Origin: Pseudonocardiales bacterium
GTDB taxonomy: Bacteria > Actinomycetota > Actinomycetes > Mycobacteriales > QHCD01
DNA: 64,000 bases
Direction of reading: 5' to 3'
NCBI GenBank assembly: GCA_003244255.1
Contig: QHCD01000011.1
Span: 46,043 to 110,042, forward strand
Part shown: positions 1 to 9,860 of the stretch, piece by piece
Numbering within the stretch: the stretch's first letter is position 1
Layout: every line of letters starts with the position of its first letter
Translations under genes and position numbers: made by a program
The notes under the pieces: generated by a model
Told to the model about the DNA's origin: nothing
The model's database searches: none
What the model saw: only the letters and a program-made list of their open reading frames with translations

Positions 1-1009
1 GCTCGGCGGCGCCGTCGAAGCCCAGCCGCACGACGAGGTCGTCGGCGAAACCGAGCAGCCGGTCGACACTGACGTCGACGTCGCGACTGGCCGCCTCCAT
101 CACGCCGTCGGTGTAGAGGATCAACCCGTCACCGGACTCGAGCCGGCCGCGGTGGGCGGAGAACTCGGCATCGGTCGCGACACCGAGCAGCGGGCCGCGC
201 GCGGTCGCGACCTCCCACCGGCCGCGCTGTCCGTCCAGTATCACCGCCGGCAGGTGTCCCGCCGACCAGATCGCGAAGTCGCCGGTGGAGAGGGTCATGC
301 GCAGGTAGACCGCCGTCGCGAAGCCGTTCTCCCAGCCCTGCCGGCACAGGTACCGGTTTGCCTCGGACAGGAACAGCTCGTCGGTCGGGCCGCCGACCAG
401 TGCGCCGAGCGCGCCCGCGAACAGCAGGGCACGCGCACCCGCATCGGCGCCCCGCCCGGACACGTCGACCAGTACGACGTCGATGAGGTCGACGTCGTCC
501 GCGACGCCTCTGCGGGTGACGAGGAAGTCGCCGGCGAAGACGGCATCGTTGGCCGGTCGGAGCTCGGCGTCGGCGTGCCAACCGTCGGGCAGCTCGGGGA
601 TGACGCCGTGTGCAAGCAGTTGCGCGCGCAGGTCGAGCAGCATCGTCTCGGCCCGCTGCGGACCGAGACCGAGCCGGCCACGGCGCCGGACGACGAACAC
701 CGCCCACGAGGCGACGATGAGCCACAGTCCGATCTGCGCGCCGTTGACGCCGATGTCGTGCCGCAAGACCGCCAGCGCGATCGCTGCGAGGACCGCCGTC
801 CCCACCGCCACCACGACGAACTCGGCGGTACTGCCGAGCACGATGCCGGCGATCACCAGGACCACGGTCAGCGCCGTCACCGGCGCGGACTGGTGCGGCC
901 ACCGGAACGACGGCAGCACGAGCGCGACGGCGATCGCGAGCAGCGTCGCGCCGTGCCCGGCCGGGCCGAGGCGGCGCCAGCCCGCCGCAATGACGCGGGT
1001 CGGGTTCAC
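1..1009 (-). CDS. PP2C/SpoIIE-family protein phosphatase with N-terminal membrane helices (3' end runs off the window)
   Basis: I checked codon by codon that the minus frame is open from the GTG at 1009 to position 1, so it is absent from the ORF track for lack of a stop. A GGAGGAGG RBS sits at 1011-1020 (rc). The N-terminus has hydrophobic helices (LLAIAVALVLPSF, VVLVIAGIVLG, IGLWLIVASWAVFVV). The C-terminal part reads GPLLGVATDAEF...GDGLILYTDGVMEA, a typical SpoIIE/PP2C motif. Confidence 0.75.
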   Translation of the reverse strand, partial: MNPTRVIAAGWRRLGPAGHGATLLAIAVALVLPSFRWPHQSAPVTALTVVLVIAGIVLGSTAEFVVVAVGTAVLAAIALAVLRHDIGVNGAQIGLWLIVASWAVFVVRRRGRLGLGPQRAETMLLDLRAQLLAHGVIPELPDGWHADAELRPANDAVFAGDFLVTRRGVADDVDLIDVVLVDVSGRGADAGARALLFAGALGALVGGPTDELFLSEANRYLCRQGWENGFATAVYLRMTLSTGDFAIWSAGHLPAVILDGQRGRWEVATARGPLLGVATDAEFSAHRGRLESGDGLILYTDGVMEAASRDVDVSVDRLLGFADDLVVRLGFDGAAE

Positions 1010-1141
1010 GAGCCTCCTCCCCCCGGCTATCCAGGCTCGCCGGCGCAGGCGAACCATAGCCGCGCGCCCCTCGGCCGTCACGGCGTGTGACGGTTCGGCA
1101 ATCCGCTCGCGCCCGGCGACGCGGACGGGTAGACAGCTCGG

Positions 1142-2404
1142 GTGACCAGCATCGACACGACCGTCCTACCGGGCCAGCCGCAGCTCACGATGCGCCCGGT
1201 CTCCGCCGAGGAGTTCCCCGCTTTCATCCGCGTCGTCGTCGAGCTGTTCGGCGAGGACGTCAACGACGACGACACCGCATCCGACCGCACCGTCTTCGAG
1301 CCCGAACGCAGCCTCGCGGTCTTCGACGGCGACGACATCGTCGGCACGACGGCGATCTTCAGCCGGCGGCTGCGCGTTCCCGGCGGCGACGTCCCGGTGG
1401 CCGGCGTGACCATGGTCGGGGTCGTGTCGACGCATCGGCGGCGCGGTGTCGCGACGGCGATGATGCGCCGCCAGCTGTCCGACGTGCACGACGCGGGCGA
1501 GCCAGTCGCCGCGCTGTGGGCATCCGAGGCGGCCATCTACCCGCACTTCGGCTACGGCATGGGGACCCGCCAGGCACTGCTCCGCGTCACCAGTGCCGAC
1601 GCGCGTTACCGCCCGGGCGTCGACACCGGCGCTGGCCAGTTCCAGCAGGTTCGGCTGGAGGCCGCGAAGCCGGCGCTCGCCGAGATCTACGCGGCTGCTC
1701 GCGTACACACCGCTGGCTGGCTCGATCGGCCGCCGGTGTGGTGGAACTACGAGCTGGCAGATTCCGAGCACCGCCGGCACGGCGCGACCCGGCTGCGCAT
1801 CGTCGTCCACGAGGACGAAGCCGGCGCACGCGACGGCTACGCCGTCTACCGGGTGAAGGCGGACTGGTCATCCGAGGGCATCAAGTCCGAGGTCCAGGTC
1901 CGCGACCTCGCGGCCACCGGCCCGGCCGCATACGCCGCCATCTGGCGCTACCTGCTCGACCTCGACCTGACCGCAACGGTCGCGAAGCGGCTGGCCGCCG
2001 CCGACGAGCCGCTGCAGCACCTGGTGGCGGATTCGCGTTCGGTGCGGTTGACCCTCGGCGACGGGCTGTGGGTGCGAGTGGTCGACGTCGCCGCAGCCCT
2101 AAGCGCCCGGCGCTACTCGGCTCCGATCGACGTCGTCGTCGACACCTCCGACGACTTCTGCCCCTGGAACGCCGGACGGTACCGGCTGTCCGGCGACGAC
2201 ACGGGCGCCGCCTGCGCCCGCACCGACGACCCGGCCGACCTGACGCTGACGTCGACCGAACTCGGAGCCGCCTACCTCGGCGGGGTGTCCCTCGCCGAGC
2301 TGGCCGCGGCCGGGCGGGTACGCGAGCACACGCTCGGATCGCTGGCGCGTGCCTCGACCGCGTTCTCGACCGGCCGCGCGCCCTGGTGCCCGGAGGTCTT
2401 CTGA
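1142..2404 (+). CDS. Eis-like GNAT N-acetyltransferase (GNAT plus SCP2-like C-terminal domain)
   Basis: 420-aa ORF. The acetyl-CoA motif VSTHRRRGVATAMMR and the ALWASEAAIYPHFGYG segment are typical of the Eis/UPF0256 family, and the length matches. Confidence 0.85.
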   Translation: MTSIDTTVLPGQPQLTMRPVSAEEFPAFIRVVVELFGEDVNDDDTASDRTVFEPERSLAVFDGDDIVGTTAIFSRRLRVPGGDVPVAGVTMVGVVSTHRRRGVATAMMRRQLSDVHDAGEPVAALWASEAAIYPHFGYGMGTRQALLRVTSADARYRPGVDTGAGQFQQVRLEAAKPALAEIYAAARVHTAGWLDRPPVWWNYELADSEHRRHGATRLRIVVHEDEAGARDGYAVYRVKADWSSEGIKSEVQVRDLAATGPAAYAAIWRYLLDLDLTATVAKRLAAADEPLQHLVADSRSVRLTLGDGLWVRVVDVAAALSARRYSAPIDVVVDTSDDFCPWNAGRYRLSGDDTGAACARTDDPADLTLTSTELGAAYLGGVSLAELAAAGRVREHTLGSLARASTAFSTGRAPWCPEVF

Positions 2405-2430
2405 CCCGCCGCGACCGCCGATGCGCGACC

Positions 2431-2847
2431 ATGGCTGGCATGGCTGACATCGGAGCCGAGGGGAGCGATCGTCGGCGGGTGCGCCGGCGGTCGACCAGCC
2501 GGCCCGGCAATAAGCCGGTCGCCGACAAGGCGGTCCCCGCTAAGCCGGTCGCCGACGCGGCCGGGGCGCCAGGCGCTGTCCCCCCATCCACGGATGCAAG
2601 GCCGGTGCGGCCCCGACCGCCGGCGGGACCACGGGCCGATCCGGGATCTGTCGGCCACCGCGGTGCCGGGCGAGCCGAGCGCGGGCTGCGCGCGATCGTC
2701 GGTGCCGGCCCGTCGCAGCTGGGCGTGTCCGCGGCGATGCGGGCGCGCGACGTCGCCCGCCCGACCGAGGAGGAGCTAGCCGCCGCCGAGGCCGACCCGC
2801 ACATCGTGCGGCGGCACTATGTTCCCCCGCCGCCGCACTCATCCTGA
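2431..2847 (+). CDS. Hypothetical protein (Pro/Ala-rich N-terminus, conserved-looking C-terminus)
   Basis: Starts at the ATG at 2431, in frame with the tail of the spurious 1087..2847 ORF. The C-terminus GLRAIVGAGPSQLGVSAAMRARDVARPTEEELAAAEADPHIVRRHY looks like real protein, not shadow-frame composition. It overlaps the rpiB stop convergently by 9 nt. Confidence 0.4.
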   Translation: MAGMADIGAEGSDRRRVRRRSTSRPGNKPVADKAVPAKPVADAAGAPGAVPPSTDARPVRPRPPAGPRADPGSVGHRGAGRAERGLRAIVGAGPSQLGVSAAMRARDVARPTEEELAAAEADPHIVRRHYVPPPPHSS

Positions 2848-3318
2848 CCGGCCGGCAGACCCCGGTACCGCGCGGGCGCGCTCGTAGTCGGCGATCTGGG
2901 CGATGCGCCGCCGATGCCGGTCACCCGTGCTGAACGGCGTCGCAACGAACAGGGTCACCAGCGCGGTGGCGATGTCCACGGGGTGCATCCGCGCGCCGAT
3001 CGCGACGACGTTGGCATCGTTGTGCTCGCGCCCAAGCCGAGCGGTGTCCTCGTTCCACGCGAGCGCGGCGCGGACGCCGTCGACCTTGTTCGCCGAGATG
3101 GCCTCGCCGTTGCCCGATCCCCCGATGACGACTCCCAGGGTGCCGGTATCGGCCACCACCCGGGTGCCGACGTCGATGCAGAACCCGGGGTAGTCGTCGT
3201 CGGGCTGATAGGTCGTCGCACCGCAGTCGATCACCTGGTGGCCCTGCGCCCGGAGTTCGTCGAGGAGGTGCGCCTTCAGCTCGAAGCCGGCATGGTCGGA
3301 GCCGAGATAGACCCGCAT
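2839..3318 (-). CDS. rpiB: Ribose-5-phosphate isomerase B
   Basis: 159 aa: MRVYLGSDHAGFELK...GVVIGGSGNGEAISANKV...NDANVVAIGARM, the canonical RpiB/LacAB family sequence. Confidence 0.95.
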   Translation of the reverse strand: MRVYLGSDHAGFELKAHLLDELRAQGHQVIDCGATTYQPDDDYPGFCIDVGTRVVADTGTLGVVIGGSGNGEAISANKVDGVRAALAWNEDTARLGREHNDANVVAIGARMHPVDIATALVTLFVATPFSTGDRHRRRIAQIADYERARAVPGSAGRSG

Positions 3319-3413
3319 CAGCGCAGTGTCGCAGACCGGCGCGCGAGGTAAGCAGGTGTCGGCCCGCCCGTCGATGCCCGCGGACGGCCGGGCGGCGCCG
3401 GTACGTTCGCGGT

Positions 3414-4250
3414 ATGGCCGAGGTGTGGCGCCGGATCGCCGACGGCGTGCATGTGCGACGACACGCCTCGCTCGATCTCAACGTCGGCTTGGTGCTCGGG
3501 CGCGATCGCTGCCTCGTCATCGACACCCGGTGCACGGCCGAGCAGGCGCGGGAGTTGACCGCGGCGGTCCGTACCGTGACTCCGTTGCCGTGGACCGTCG
3601 TCAACACCCACGCCCACTACGACCACTGCTTCGGCAACCACACGTTCCGGCCGGCCCCAATCTGGGGTCACCGGCGGTGCGCGAAAGACCTGAGCGAGAT
3701 GGGTGCGGTGCAGCGTGACGGCACGGCACGCATGATCGCCGCAACGGGCGACGCAGCGTTCGCCGCGGCACTCGCAGCGACCGTGATCGATCCGCCGGAC
3801 CACCTCGTCGACGGCGAGGCCACGCTCGACCTCGGCGGCCGCACGGTGAACTTGCGGTTCCTCGGCCGGGGTCATACCGATCACGACCTGGTCGTGGAGG
3901 TACCCGACTCCGACCTGGTCTTTGCCGGCGACCTGGTCGAGGAGGGCGGCGCGCCGAGCTTCGACGATGCGTACCCGCTGGACTGGCCGGCGACGGCACG
4001 CCGGCTCGAGTCACTCGCGCGCGGGCCCGTCGTGCCCGGGCATGGCGCTGTCGTCGACCGCGCATTCGTCGCGGCGCAGGCGACGGAGTTCGAGCGGCTC
4101 GCGGTCGTGGCCCGGGCCGCTCACATGACCGGCACCGCGATCGACGCCGCCGCCCGCGGTACGCCGCCGTTCGGGCCGGACATCGCGAGCATCGCGCTGC
4201 GGCGCGCCGGATGGCAGCTCGACGGCGAACCGTCGCCTGCGGCCAGCTGA
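3414..4250 (+). CDS. MBL-fold metallo-hydrolase
   Basis: 278 aa with the HxHxDH motif (NTHAHYDHCFGN) and a downstream GRGHTDHDLVV...FAGDLV segment. Confidence 0.85.
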   Translation: MAEVWRRIADGVHVRRHASLDLNVGLVLGRDRCLVIDTRCTAEQARELTAAVRTVTPLPWTVVNTHAHYDHCFGNHTFRPAPIWGHRRCAKDLSEMGAVQRDGTARMIAATGDAAFAAALAATVIDPPDHLVDGEATLDLGGRTVNLRFLGRGHTDHDLVVEVPDSDLVFAGDLVEEGGAPSFDDAYPLDWPATARRLESLARGPVVPGHGAVVDRAFVAAQATEFERLAVVARAAHMTGTAIDAAARGTPPFGPDIASIALRRAGWQLDGEPSPAAS

Positions 4251-4257
4251 CGACACG

Positions 4258-4791
4258 TCACCCGTCGGCCGGTAGCCGGAGCCCCTGCCGCGGCGGACCA
4301 TCGGGATCACTACCGGTGTACTCCGCACCCCCCGGCAACCCAGGTAGCCGGAGCCCCGGCCGCGGCGGACCATCCGGATTACTCCCGGTGTACTCCGCGT
4401 GCCTGTCCCACCGGGCACACTCGCGATGCACCGCCGCAGCCAGATCGACCGGATCGTCGTCCACCGTCGACGACGCCGGCAGCAGCCGCGCCACCGCCCG
4501 CGCGACGCGGGCCGATTCACCGGTCGGGACGGCTCCGTTCGGGCCGGCCGCGAGCAGCAGCTGCCCGTAGCCCGCCAGAACCCGTGCCGCCCGCAGGGTG
4601 CGCCGACAGTCCTGTCGGATCCACCCGGCCAGCGCGCCGACCCGCTCAGCCGCGCCCGATCCGGCGTCGCTGCGCCACGCCGCCCCGGTCGCACCGGCGA
4701 GACCGTCGAGACGGCTCGCCTCGGCGTCCAGCGCCTCGGCGATCCCCGCCAGCCGCCGGGCGGAGAGCAGAACGGCGTCGGCGTCGGTCAC
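4258..4791 (-). CDS. Hypothetical Ala-rich helical protein with a duplicated C-terminal 24-aa motif
   Basis: Starts at the GTG at 4791, in the frame of ORF 4258..5334; the upstream part of that ORF is shadow-like. Coding-looking sequence: LLSARRLAGIAEALDAEASRLDGLAGATGAAWRSDAGSGAAERV. The end carries two copies of AEYTGS(N/D)PDGPPR(P/Q)GLRLP. Confidence 0.55.
   Translation of the reverse strand: MTDADAVLLSARRLAGIAEALDAEASRLDGLAGATGAAWRSDAGSGAAERVGALAGWIRQDCRRTLRAARVLAGYGQLLLAAGPNGAVPTGESARVARAVARLLPASSTVDDDPVDLAAAVHRECARWDRHAEYTGSNPDGPPRPGLRLPGLPGGAEYTGSDPDGPPRQGLRLPADG
4271..4398. repeat. Tandem direct duplication: two 56-nt copies, 72-nt period
   Basis: 4271-4326 and 4343-4398 align with 4 mismatches in 56 nt (ggtagccggagcccc(t/g)gccgcggcggaccatc(g/c)ggat(c/t)act(a/c)ccggtgtactccgc). 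The repeat lies inside the 3' end of CDS 4258..4791. Confidence 0.85.
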
Positions 4792-4796
4792 GGTGT

Positions 4797-5111
4797 CTAC
4801 CGCCCTGCCGGGTCGGCCTGCTCCGCCGACACCACGATCGACCGGTCCGCCTGTGCGTACTCGGCCGCCGCCGAGGCGTAGGCCGCGCCCAGCCGGTGGG
4901 CGTGTTCGCTCACGTGCGCAATCCGCAGCCGCAGCGCGAGCGCGGCAGCACCGCAGGCGGCACCGAGGATCGGGTCGCCCTGGGCCGCCCGTTGCAACGT
5001 GGCGTCGGCTGCCGATGCCAATGCCCGCAGCGTGGACGCCGTGTACCGCAGCCGGGCCCCGAGCGGTCCGACGTCGGAGGGGACGACGTCGATCGTCGTC
5101 GGTGTGTGCAT
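4797..5111 (-). CDS. Hypothetical small Ala-rich helical protein (possibly a type VII secretion EspC/DUF2580-like fold)
   Basis: Starts at the ATG at 5111 (MHTPTTIDVVPSDVGPLGARLRYTASTLRALASAADATLQ...), with a GGAG upstream. An alternative in-frame GTG lies at 5120. Its stop is 6 nt before the start of the next gene. The functional call is only a resemblance. Confidence 0.5.
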   Translation of the reverse strand: MHTPTTIDVVPSDVGPLGARLRYTASTLRALASAADATLQRAAQGDPILGAACGAAALALRLRIAHVSEHAHRLGAAYASAAAEYAQADRSIVVSAEQADPAGR

Positions 5112-5353
5112 CGGGCTCACCCCGCTCCATCGCAGCTGCTGGTGTACATCCAAGCGCACCGCGGCGACCGACCGGTGGCGCTGTCCACAGGGCATCGGAT
5201 CCGGCCCGGCCCTGTCCGGCTCCGCGCCCATCCGCCCGTTGATCATGCACATCCGGGACGGAAAACCGGCGTGTCGCGTCCCGAAAGCGCATGATCAACA
5301 ACGCCGCGCGGGGTTTGGCCGCCGCGCGACCCATCGGGCGGGCGGTGCAGCCC

Positions 5354-6502
5354 TCAGAGCTTGCGGACGATGTATTCGACGTCGAGGAACGACGGATTCG
5401 ACCAGGTCTCGCGGTGACAGATCTCTCCGCCGGCAGCGGTCACCAGCTCCTCGATGACGGCGATCGGCGTCGTGTGCATCTCCATGACCGCCTCGCCCAG
5501 GCGATCGCCTTGGCCCGCCGCGTCGCGAGGCGGCGAAGCCGCGACGCGCTCGCGGCTTCGGCCGGCCGGGGTCACCCGCACGGTGCACGAATCCACCCGG
5601 TTGCCGCGGTCGACGAACCATCCGACACCCTCGCGCACCAGGTCGACGACGAGTTCGTACCGGCCGGGCTCGAGCGGAGCGGAGCAGGACAGCTGCAGCG
5701 TCGCCGACTGGCCCGGCGGCAGCGGCGCCAAGAGCGCGGCCCGGCCGTCGTCGAACTGCACGACTTCGCCGGCAAGATCCAACCAGTGGTTACCCACCCT
5801 GATCGGCGTTTCGACGAAATCCGCCGGCCAGATCGCCTTGCTCGTATTGGTCACCCGCACGGGCAGGTCGAACGCCGTCCCGGCCGCCACCTTGCGCAAC
5901 CGGGCGCCGATCCGCACTCTGCCCTTCAGGGCGGTATCGGGGAGCTCTTCGACGTACACCCGCCGTTCGTAGGGCAGTTGGAACAGCAACCCGCCACCGG
6001 GCCGCAGGACGCGCAGGAACTCGCGCACGTAGTTGTGACCGATCTGCGGATCCATATGCTGCAGCACGATCCATGCGAGCACGAAGTCAAAGCTCGCGTC
6101 GTCGAACTGCGATAGGTCGTCGGCATCGTTGACCAGGAACCGGATACGGTCGGGTTCGGTGTTGTATTCGCCGGCCCGCGAGATCATGGTCGGTGCGATG
6201 TCGACACCGACGACCTCGGCAAAGTGCGCGCCCAGGCCCTGGGTGAGCCGGCCGACGCCGCATCCGAAGTCCAGTGCCCGACCGCGGGCCGGATCCCAGG
6301 AGTCTCCCAGTGCTGCCTGCGCCTGGGCGACGAACCTGTCGACATCGCTGCGACCAGTACGGAAGAACGCGGCTATGTCCCAGCGATTCCCGGTCTTGTC
6401 GGTCTCGGTCAGAATCGCCCAGAGCGGATCGACCTGAGCGAAAGTCTCCCAGCTGTTGCGCAACTGGTCGAAGCCCATGAGCATCCTCCCGAGGCACGGC
6501 AT
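5354..6502 (-). CDS. Class I SAM-dependent methyltransferase with a C-terminal Ig-like extension
   Basis: SAM motif I ALDFGCGVGRLTQGL and motif post-II FDFVLAWIVLQHM. The start may be one of the internal Met codons (MLMGFDQL). Confidence 0.85.
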   Translation of the reverse strand: MPCLGRMLMGFDQLRNSWETFAQVDPLWAILTETDKTGNRWDIAAFFRTGRSDVDRFVAQAQAALGDSWDPARGRALDFGCGVGRLTQGLGAHFAEVVGVDIAPTMISRAGEYNTEPDRIRFLVNDADDLSQFDDASFDFVLAWIVLQHMDPQIGHNYVREFLRVLRPGGGLLFQLPYERRVYVEELPDTALKGRVRIGARLRKVAAGTAFDLPVRVTNTSKAIWPADFVETPIRVGNHWLDLAGEVVQFDDGRAALLAPLPPGQSATLQLSCSAPLEPGRYELVVDLVREGVGWFVDRGNRVDSCTVRVTPAGRSRERVAASPPRDAAGQGDRLGEAVMEMHTTPIAVIEELVTAAGGEICHRETWSNPSFLDVEYIVRKL

Positions 6503-6548
6503 CCTGCCCGTGCCCGGATGGTAGCTGTCGACGGCGGACCAGTCGGGA

Positions 6549-7160
6549 TCAGCTGAAGTCGGGCCGCTCGGTGCGGGTCCGCTTGAGCTCCCAGAAATGC
6601 GGATACGCCGCGAGCGCCCGAGCCGCGTCCCACACGGCGCCGGCTTCCGTACCCCGCGGGATCTTCGACAGGACCGGGCCGAAGAACGCGACGCCGTTGA
6701 CGTGGATCACCGGCGTACCGACCTCCATGCCGACCGGATCCATCCCGGCGTGGTGCGATTCGCGCAACGCCTCGTCGTAGTCGGTCGAGTCGGCCGCATC
6801 CGCCAGCTCGGCCGGGAGCCCGGCTTCGGCCAGCGCAGCCAGGACGACGTCGCGATCGCTGTCCCGCTCCTCGTTGTGTGTCCGGGTACCCAACGCGGTG
6901 TAGAGCGGCCGCAAGGCCCCATTACCGAACTTCTGCTCGGCGGCGATGCAGACCCGCACCGCACCCCACCACCGGTCCAGCCCCTCCCGGTAGTCCTCGG
7001 GCAGATCGTCTCGACCCTCGTTCAGCACCGACAGCGACATCACGTGAAAGGACACGTCGACGTCTCGCTGCTTCTCGACCTCGAGCATCCATCGCGACGT
7101 GATCCACGCCCAAGGACAGGCCGGGTCAAACCAGAAATCCACACTGGTGCGTTCGGTCAC
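6549..7160 (-). CDS. DsbA-like thioredoxin-fold protein (Rv2466c-like thiol-dependent reductase family)
   Basis: Starts at the GTG at 7160 with a GGGAGAAG RBS. The sequence reads [22 protein letters not shown]...[21 protein letters not shown]. Its position between rpiB and pepN matches mycobacteria (from memory). Confidence 0.8.
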   Translation of the reverse strand: MTERTSVDFWFDPACPWAWITSRWMLEVEKQRDVDVSFHVMSLSVLNEGRDDLPEDYREGLDRWWGAVRVCIAAEQKFGNGALRPLYTALGTRTHNEERDSDRDVVLAALAEAGLPAELADAADSTDYDEALRESHHAGMDPVGMEVGTPVIHVNGVAFFGPVLSKIPRGTEAGAVWDAARALAAYPHFWELKRTRTERPDFS

Positions 7161-7295
7161 TCGCTTCTCCCATCGGGGCGGCGATCGGGTCGTCTCTGCC
7201 CAAGCGTTGCCGGCTCGCGACCATTCCCGACGGGTCACGCACGGTGCCGTGCGAGACTGCCACGACCGACCCGTTCGCCGAAGGAGTACCACGCC

Positions 7296-9848
7296 GTGGC
7301 AGTCCCGAACCTCACCCGCACCGACGCCACAGCGCGGGCCGCCCTGATCGACACGACGTCCTACGACGTCGTCCTCGACCTCACCACCGGCGACGGTCAA
7401 CCAAGCGAACGCACGTTCAAGTCACACACCACGGTCAGGTTCAGCGCACGCCAGCCCGGCGCCGGCACCTTCATCGACCTGATCGCCGAGCGGATCAACG
7501 CGGCCACCCTGAACGGCAGCCCGCTCGACGTTTCGTCCTACTCACCCGAGCGCGGGATCGAGCTGCCGAGTCTTGACGCGGACAACGCCCTCGTCGTCGA
7601 CGCCGAATGCTTGTACACGAATACCGGAGAGGGGCTGCATCGCTTCGTCGATCCGGTCGACGGCGAGGTCTATCTGTACACCCAGTTCGAGACCGCCGAC
7701 GCGAAACGCATGTACACCTGCTTCGACCAGCCCGATCTCAAGGCGACGTTCGAGCTCACCGTGACGGCCCCCGCCCACTGGCAGCTGGTTTCATGCGGGG
7801 CGTCGGCGGCCACGAAGCGCGGGCCGCACGGCGCGCAGGTCGTGCACTTCGCAACCACCAAGCCGCTCTCGACTTACGTGACCGCGCTCGTCGCCGGCCC
7901 GTACCACCGCGCCACCGACCGTCACGGCGACATCGGCCTCGGCATCTACTGCCGCGCCTCACTCGCCGAGCACCTCGACGCCGACGAGCTGTTCGCGGTG
8001 ACAAAGGCCGGATTCGACTTCTACCAAAGGGTTTTCGACTATCCTTATCCGTTCGGGAAGTACGACCAGTGCTTCGTTCCCGAGTTCAACGCTGGCGCGA
8101 TGGAGAACGCGGGCTGCGTCACGATCTTCGAGGACTACGTGTTCCGGTCGAAGGTCACCGACGCCGCGTACGAGCACCGAGCCGAGACGATCCTGCACGA
8201 GATGGCGCACATGTGGTTCGGCGACCTGGTCACGATGCGATGGTGGGACGACCTGTGGCTGAATGAGTCTTTCGCGACCTACGCCTCGATGATCTGTCAG
8301 GTCGACGCCACCCGGTGGCGGGACGCGTGGACCACGTTCGCCAACTCCGAGAAGACGTGGGCCTACCGCCAGGACCAGATGCCCTCGACGCATCCGATCG
8401 TCGCCGACATCCCCGACGTGCAGGCGGTCGAGGTCAACTTCGACGGCATCACCTACGCCAAGGGCGCCAGCGTGCTCAAACAGCTGGTCGCCTACGTCGG
8501 CGCAGAGCCCTTCACCGACGCGATCCGCGGCTACTTCGTCGACCACGAGTACGGCAACACCACCCTTGCCGACCTGCTCGGCGCCCTGGAGAAGGCCTCC
8601 GGCCGTGACCTCGCCGACTGGTCGGCGCAGTGGCTCGAAACGGCCGGCATCAACACGATGCGAGCCCAGTTCGAAACCGACGCGTCCGGCCGGTTTGCAT
8701 CCTTCGCGATCACCCAGGACGCGGTAGGCGAGCACAACGCACTCCGCGACCATCGGCTCGCGATCGGCCTCTACGCCGGCGATCCGCTGACTCGCGTGCG
8801 GCGCGTCGAGCTCGACGTCTGCGGCGAGCGCACCGAGGTGCCGGAGCTGGTCGGTGCGCAGGCGCCCGATCTGGTGCTGCTCAACGACGACGACCTGACC
8901 TACTGCAAGCTGCGACTGGATCCCCGCTCGCTCGCGACCGTGACAGAACGGTTCGACCGGCTCCGTGATCCACTGCCGCGCGCGCTGGTATGGGCCGCGG
9001 CCTGGGACATGACTCGCGACGCGGAGATGCGGGCGCGTGACTTCCTGCAGCTCGTCCTCTCCGGCGCCGACTCCGAGAAGACGATCACTGTGCTGCAGTC
9101 CCAGCAGCTGCGGGCCCGTTCGGCCATCGGCGCCTACGCCGACCCGGCATGGGCACCGCGGGGTTGGTCGCAACTGGCCGACCACGCGGCCGAGGCAGTT
9201 CGCAGCGCGCCAGCGGGCAGCGATCATCAGCTGTCGTGGGCGCGCATGCTCGCCGCTGCCGCTCGCAGCGCGCACCAGCTGGCGGCGGTGCGTGGCCTGC
9301 TCGACGACTCGCTGGCCGTGGACGGCCTGGAAGTCGACACCGACCTGCGGTGGTCGCTGCTGTTCGGCCTGGTGGCAGCCGGTGTGGCCGACGACGCCGA
9401 GATCGCGGCCGAGGAGGCGCGCGACCAGACCGCGGCGGGCATGCGGCACGCCGCGACCGCCCGGGCGCTGCGCCCGACCACCACTTCGAAGGCCGAGGCC
9501 TGGCGGCTCGCGACCGAGGACGACACGCTGCCGAACGCGACCGCCGAGGCGGTCATCGCCGGCTTCTCGCACCCCGCGCAGATCGAGCTGCTGCGGCCTT
9601 ACGTCGAGCGCTACTTCGCCGTCATCGATGACGTGTGGCAGCGGCGTACCAGCGAGGTGGCGCAGAGCGTCGTCGTCGGGCTGTTCCCGTCGGTGGTCGA
9701 GCAATCAACGGTCGATGCCGCCGATGCCTGGCTGGCCGACGAGTCGCGTCCGCCCGCGCTGCGTCGACTGGTCCTGGAAGGCCGCGACAGCACGGTCCGA
9801 GCGTTGCGGGCACGAGCCTTCGATGCCGGTACCGGTGCCCGGGACTGA
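7296..9848 (+). CDS. pepN: Aminopeptidase N (M1 family)
   Basis: Starts at the GTG at 7296, 9 nt after an AAGGAG. Carries the GAMEN exopeptidase motif ([12 protein letters not shown]) and the HEXXH-18-E zinc motif ([29 protein letters not shown]). The 5' 233 codons of ORF 6597..9848 are read-through. Confidence 0.97.
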   Translation: MAVPNLTRTDATARAALIDTTSYDVVLDLTTGDGQPSERTFKSHTTVRFSARQPGAGTFIDLIAERINAATLNGSPLDVSSYSPERGIELPSLDADNALVVDAECLYTNTGEGLHRFVDPVDGEVYLYTQFETADAKRMYTCFDQPDLKATFELTVTAPAHWQLVSCGASAATKRGPHGAQVVHFATTKPLSTYVTALVAGPYHRATDRHGDIGLGIYCRASLAEHLDADELFAVTKAGFDFYQRVFDYPYPFGKYDQCFVPEFNAGAMENAGCVTIFEDYVFRSKVTDAAYEHRAETILHEMAHMWFGDLVTMRWWDDLWLNESFATYASMICQVDATRWRDAWTTFANSEKTWAYRQDQMPSTHPIVADIPDVQAVEVNFDGITYAKGASVLKQLVAYVGAEPFTDAIRGYFVDHEYGNTTLADLLGALEKASGRDLADWSAQWLETAGINTMRAQFETDASGRFASFAITQDAVGEHNALRDHRLAIGLYAGDPLTRVRRVELDVCGERTEVPELVGAQAPDLVLLNDDDLTYCKLRLDPRSLATVTERFDRLRDPLPRALVWAAAWDMTRDAEMRARDFLQLVLSGADSEKTITVLQSQQLRARSAIGAYADPAWAPRGWSQLADHAAEAVRSAPAGSDHQLSWARMLAAAARSAHQLAAVRGLLDDSLAVDGLEVDTDLRWSLLFGLVAAGVADDAEIAAEEARDQTAAGMRHAATARALRPTTTSKAEAWRLATEDDTLPNATAEAVIAGFSHPAQIELLRPYVERYFAVIDDVWQRRTSEVAQSVVVGLFPSVVEQSTVDAADAWLADESRPPALRRLVLEGRDSTVRALRARAFDAGTGARD

Positions 9849-9860
9849 ACTCCAGCTGGC

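Noticed and set aside
1087-2847. 586-aa + strand ORF spanning the Eis-like gene region
   Set aside because: It has an extreme Arg/Gly/Pro composition and overlaps the well-supported Eis-like CDS in another frame, so it is a typical high-GC shadow ORF. Only its last 138 codons (2431..2847) look like real coding sequence.
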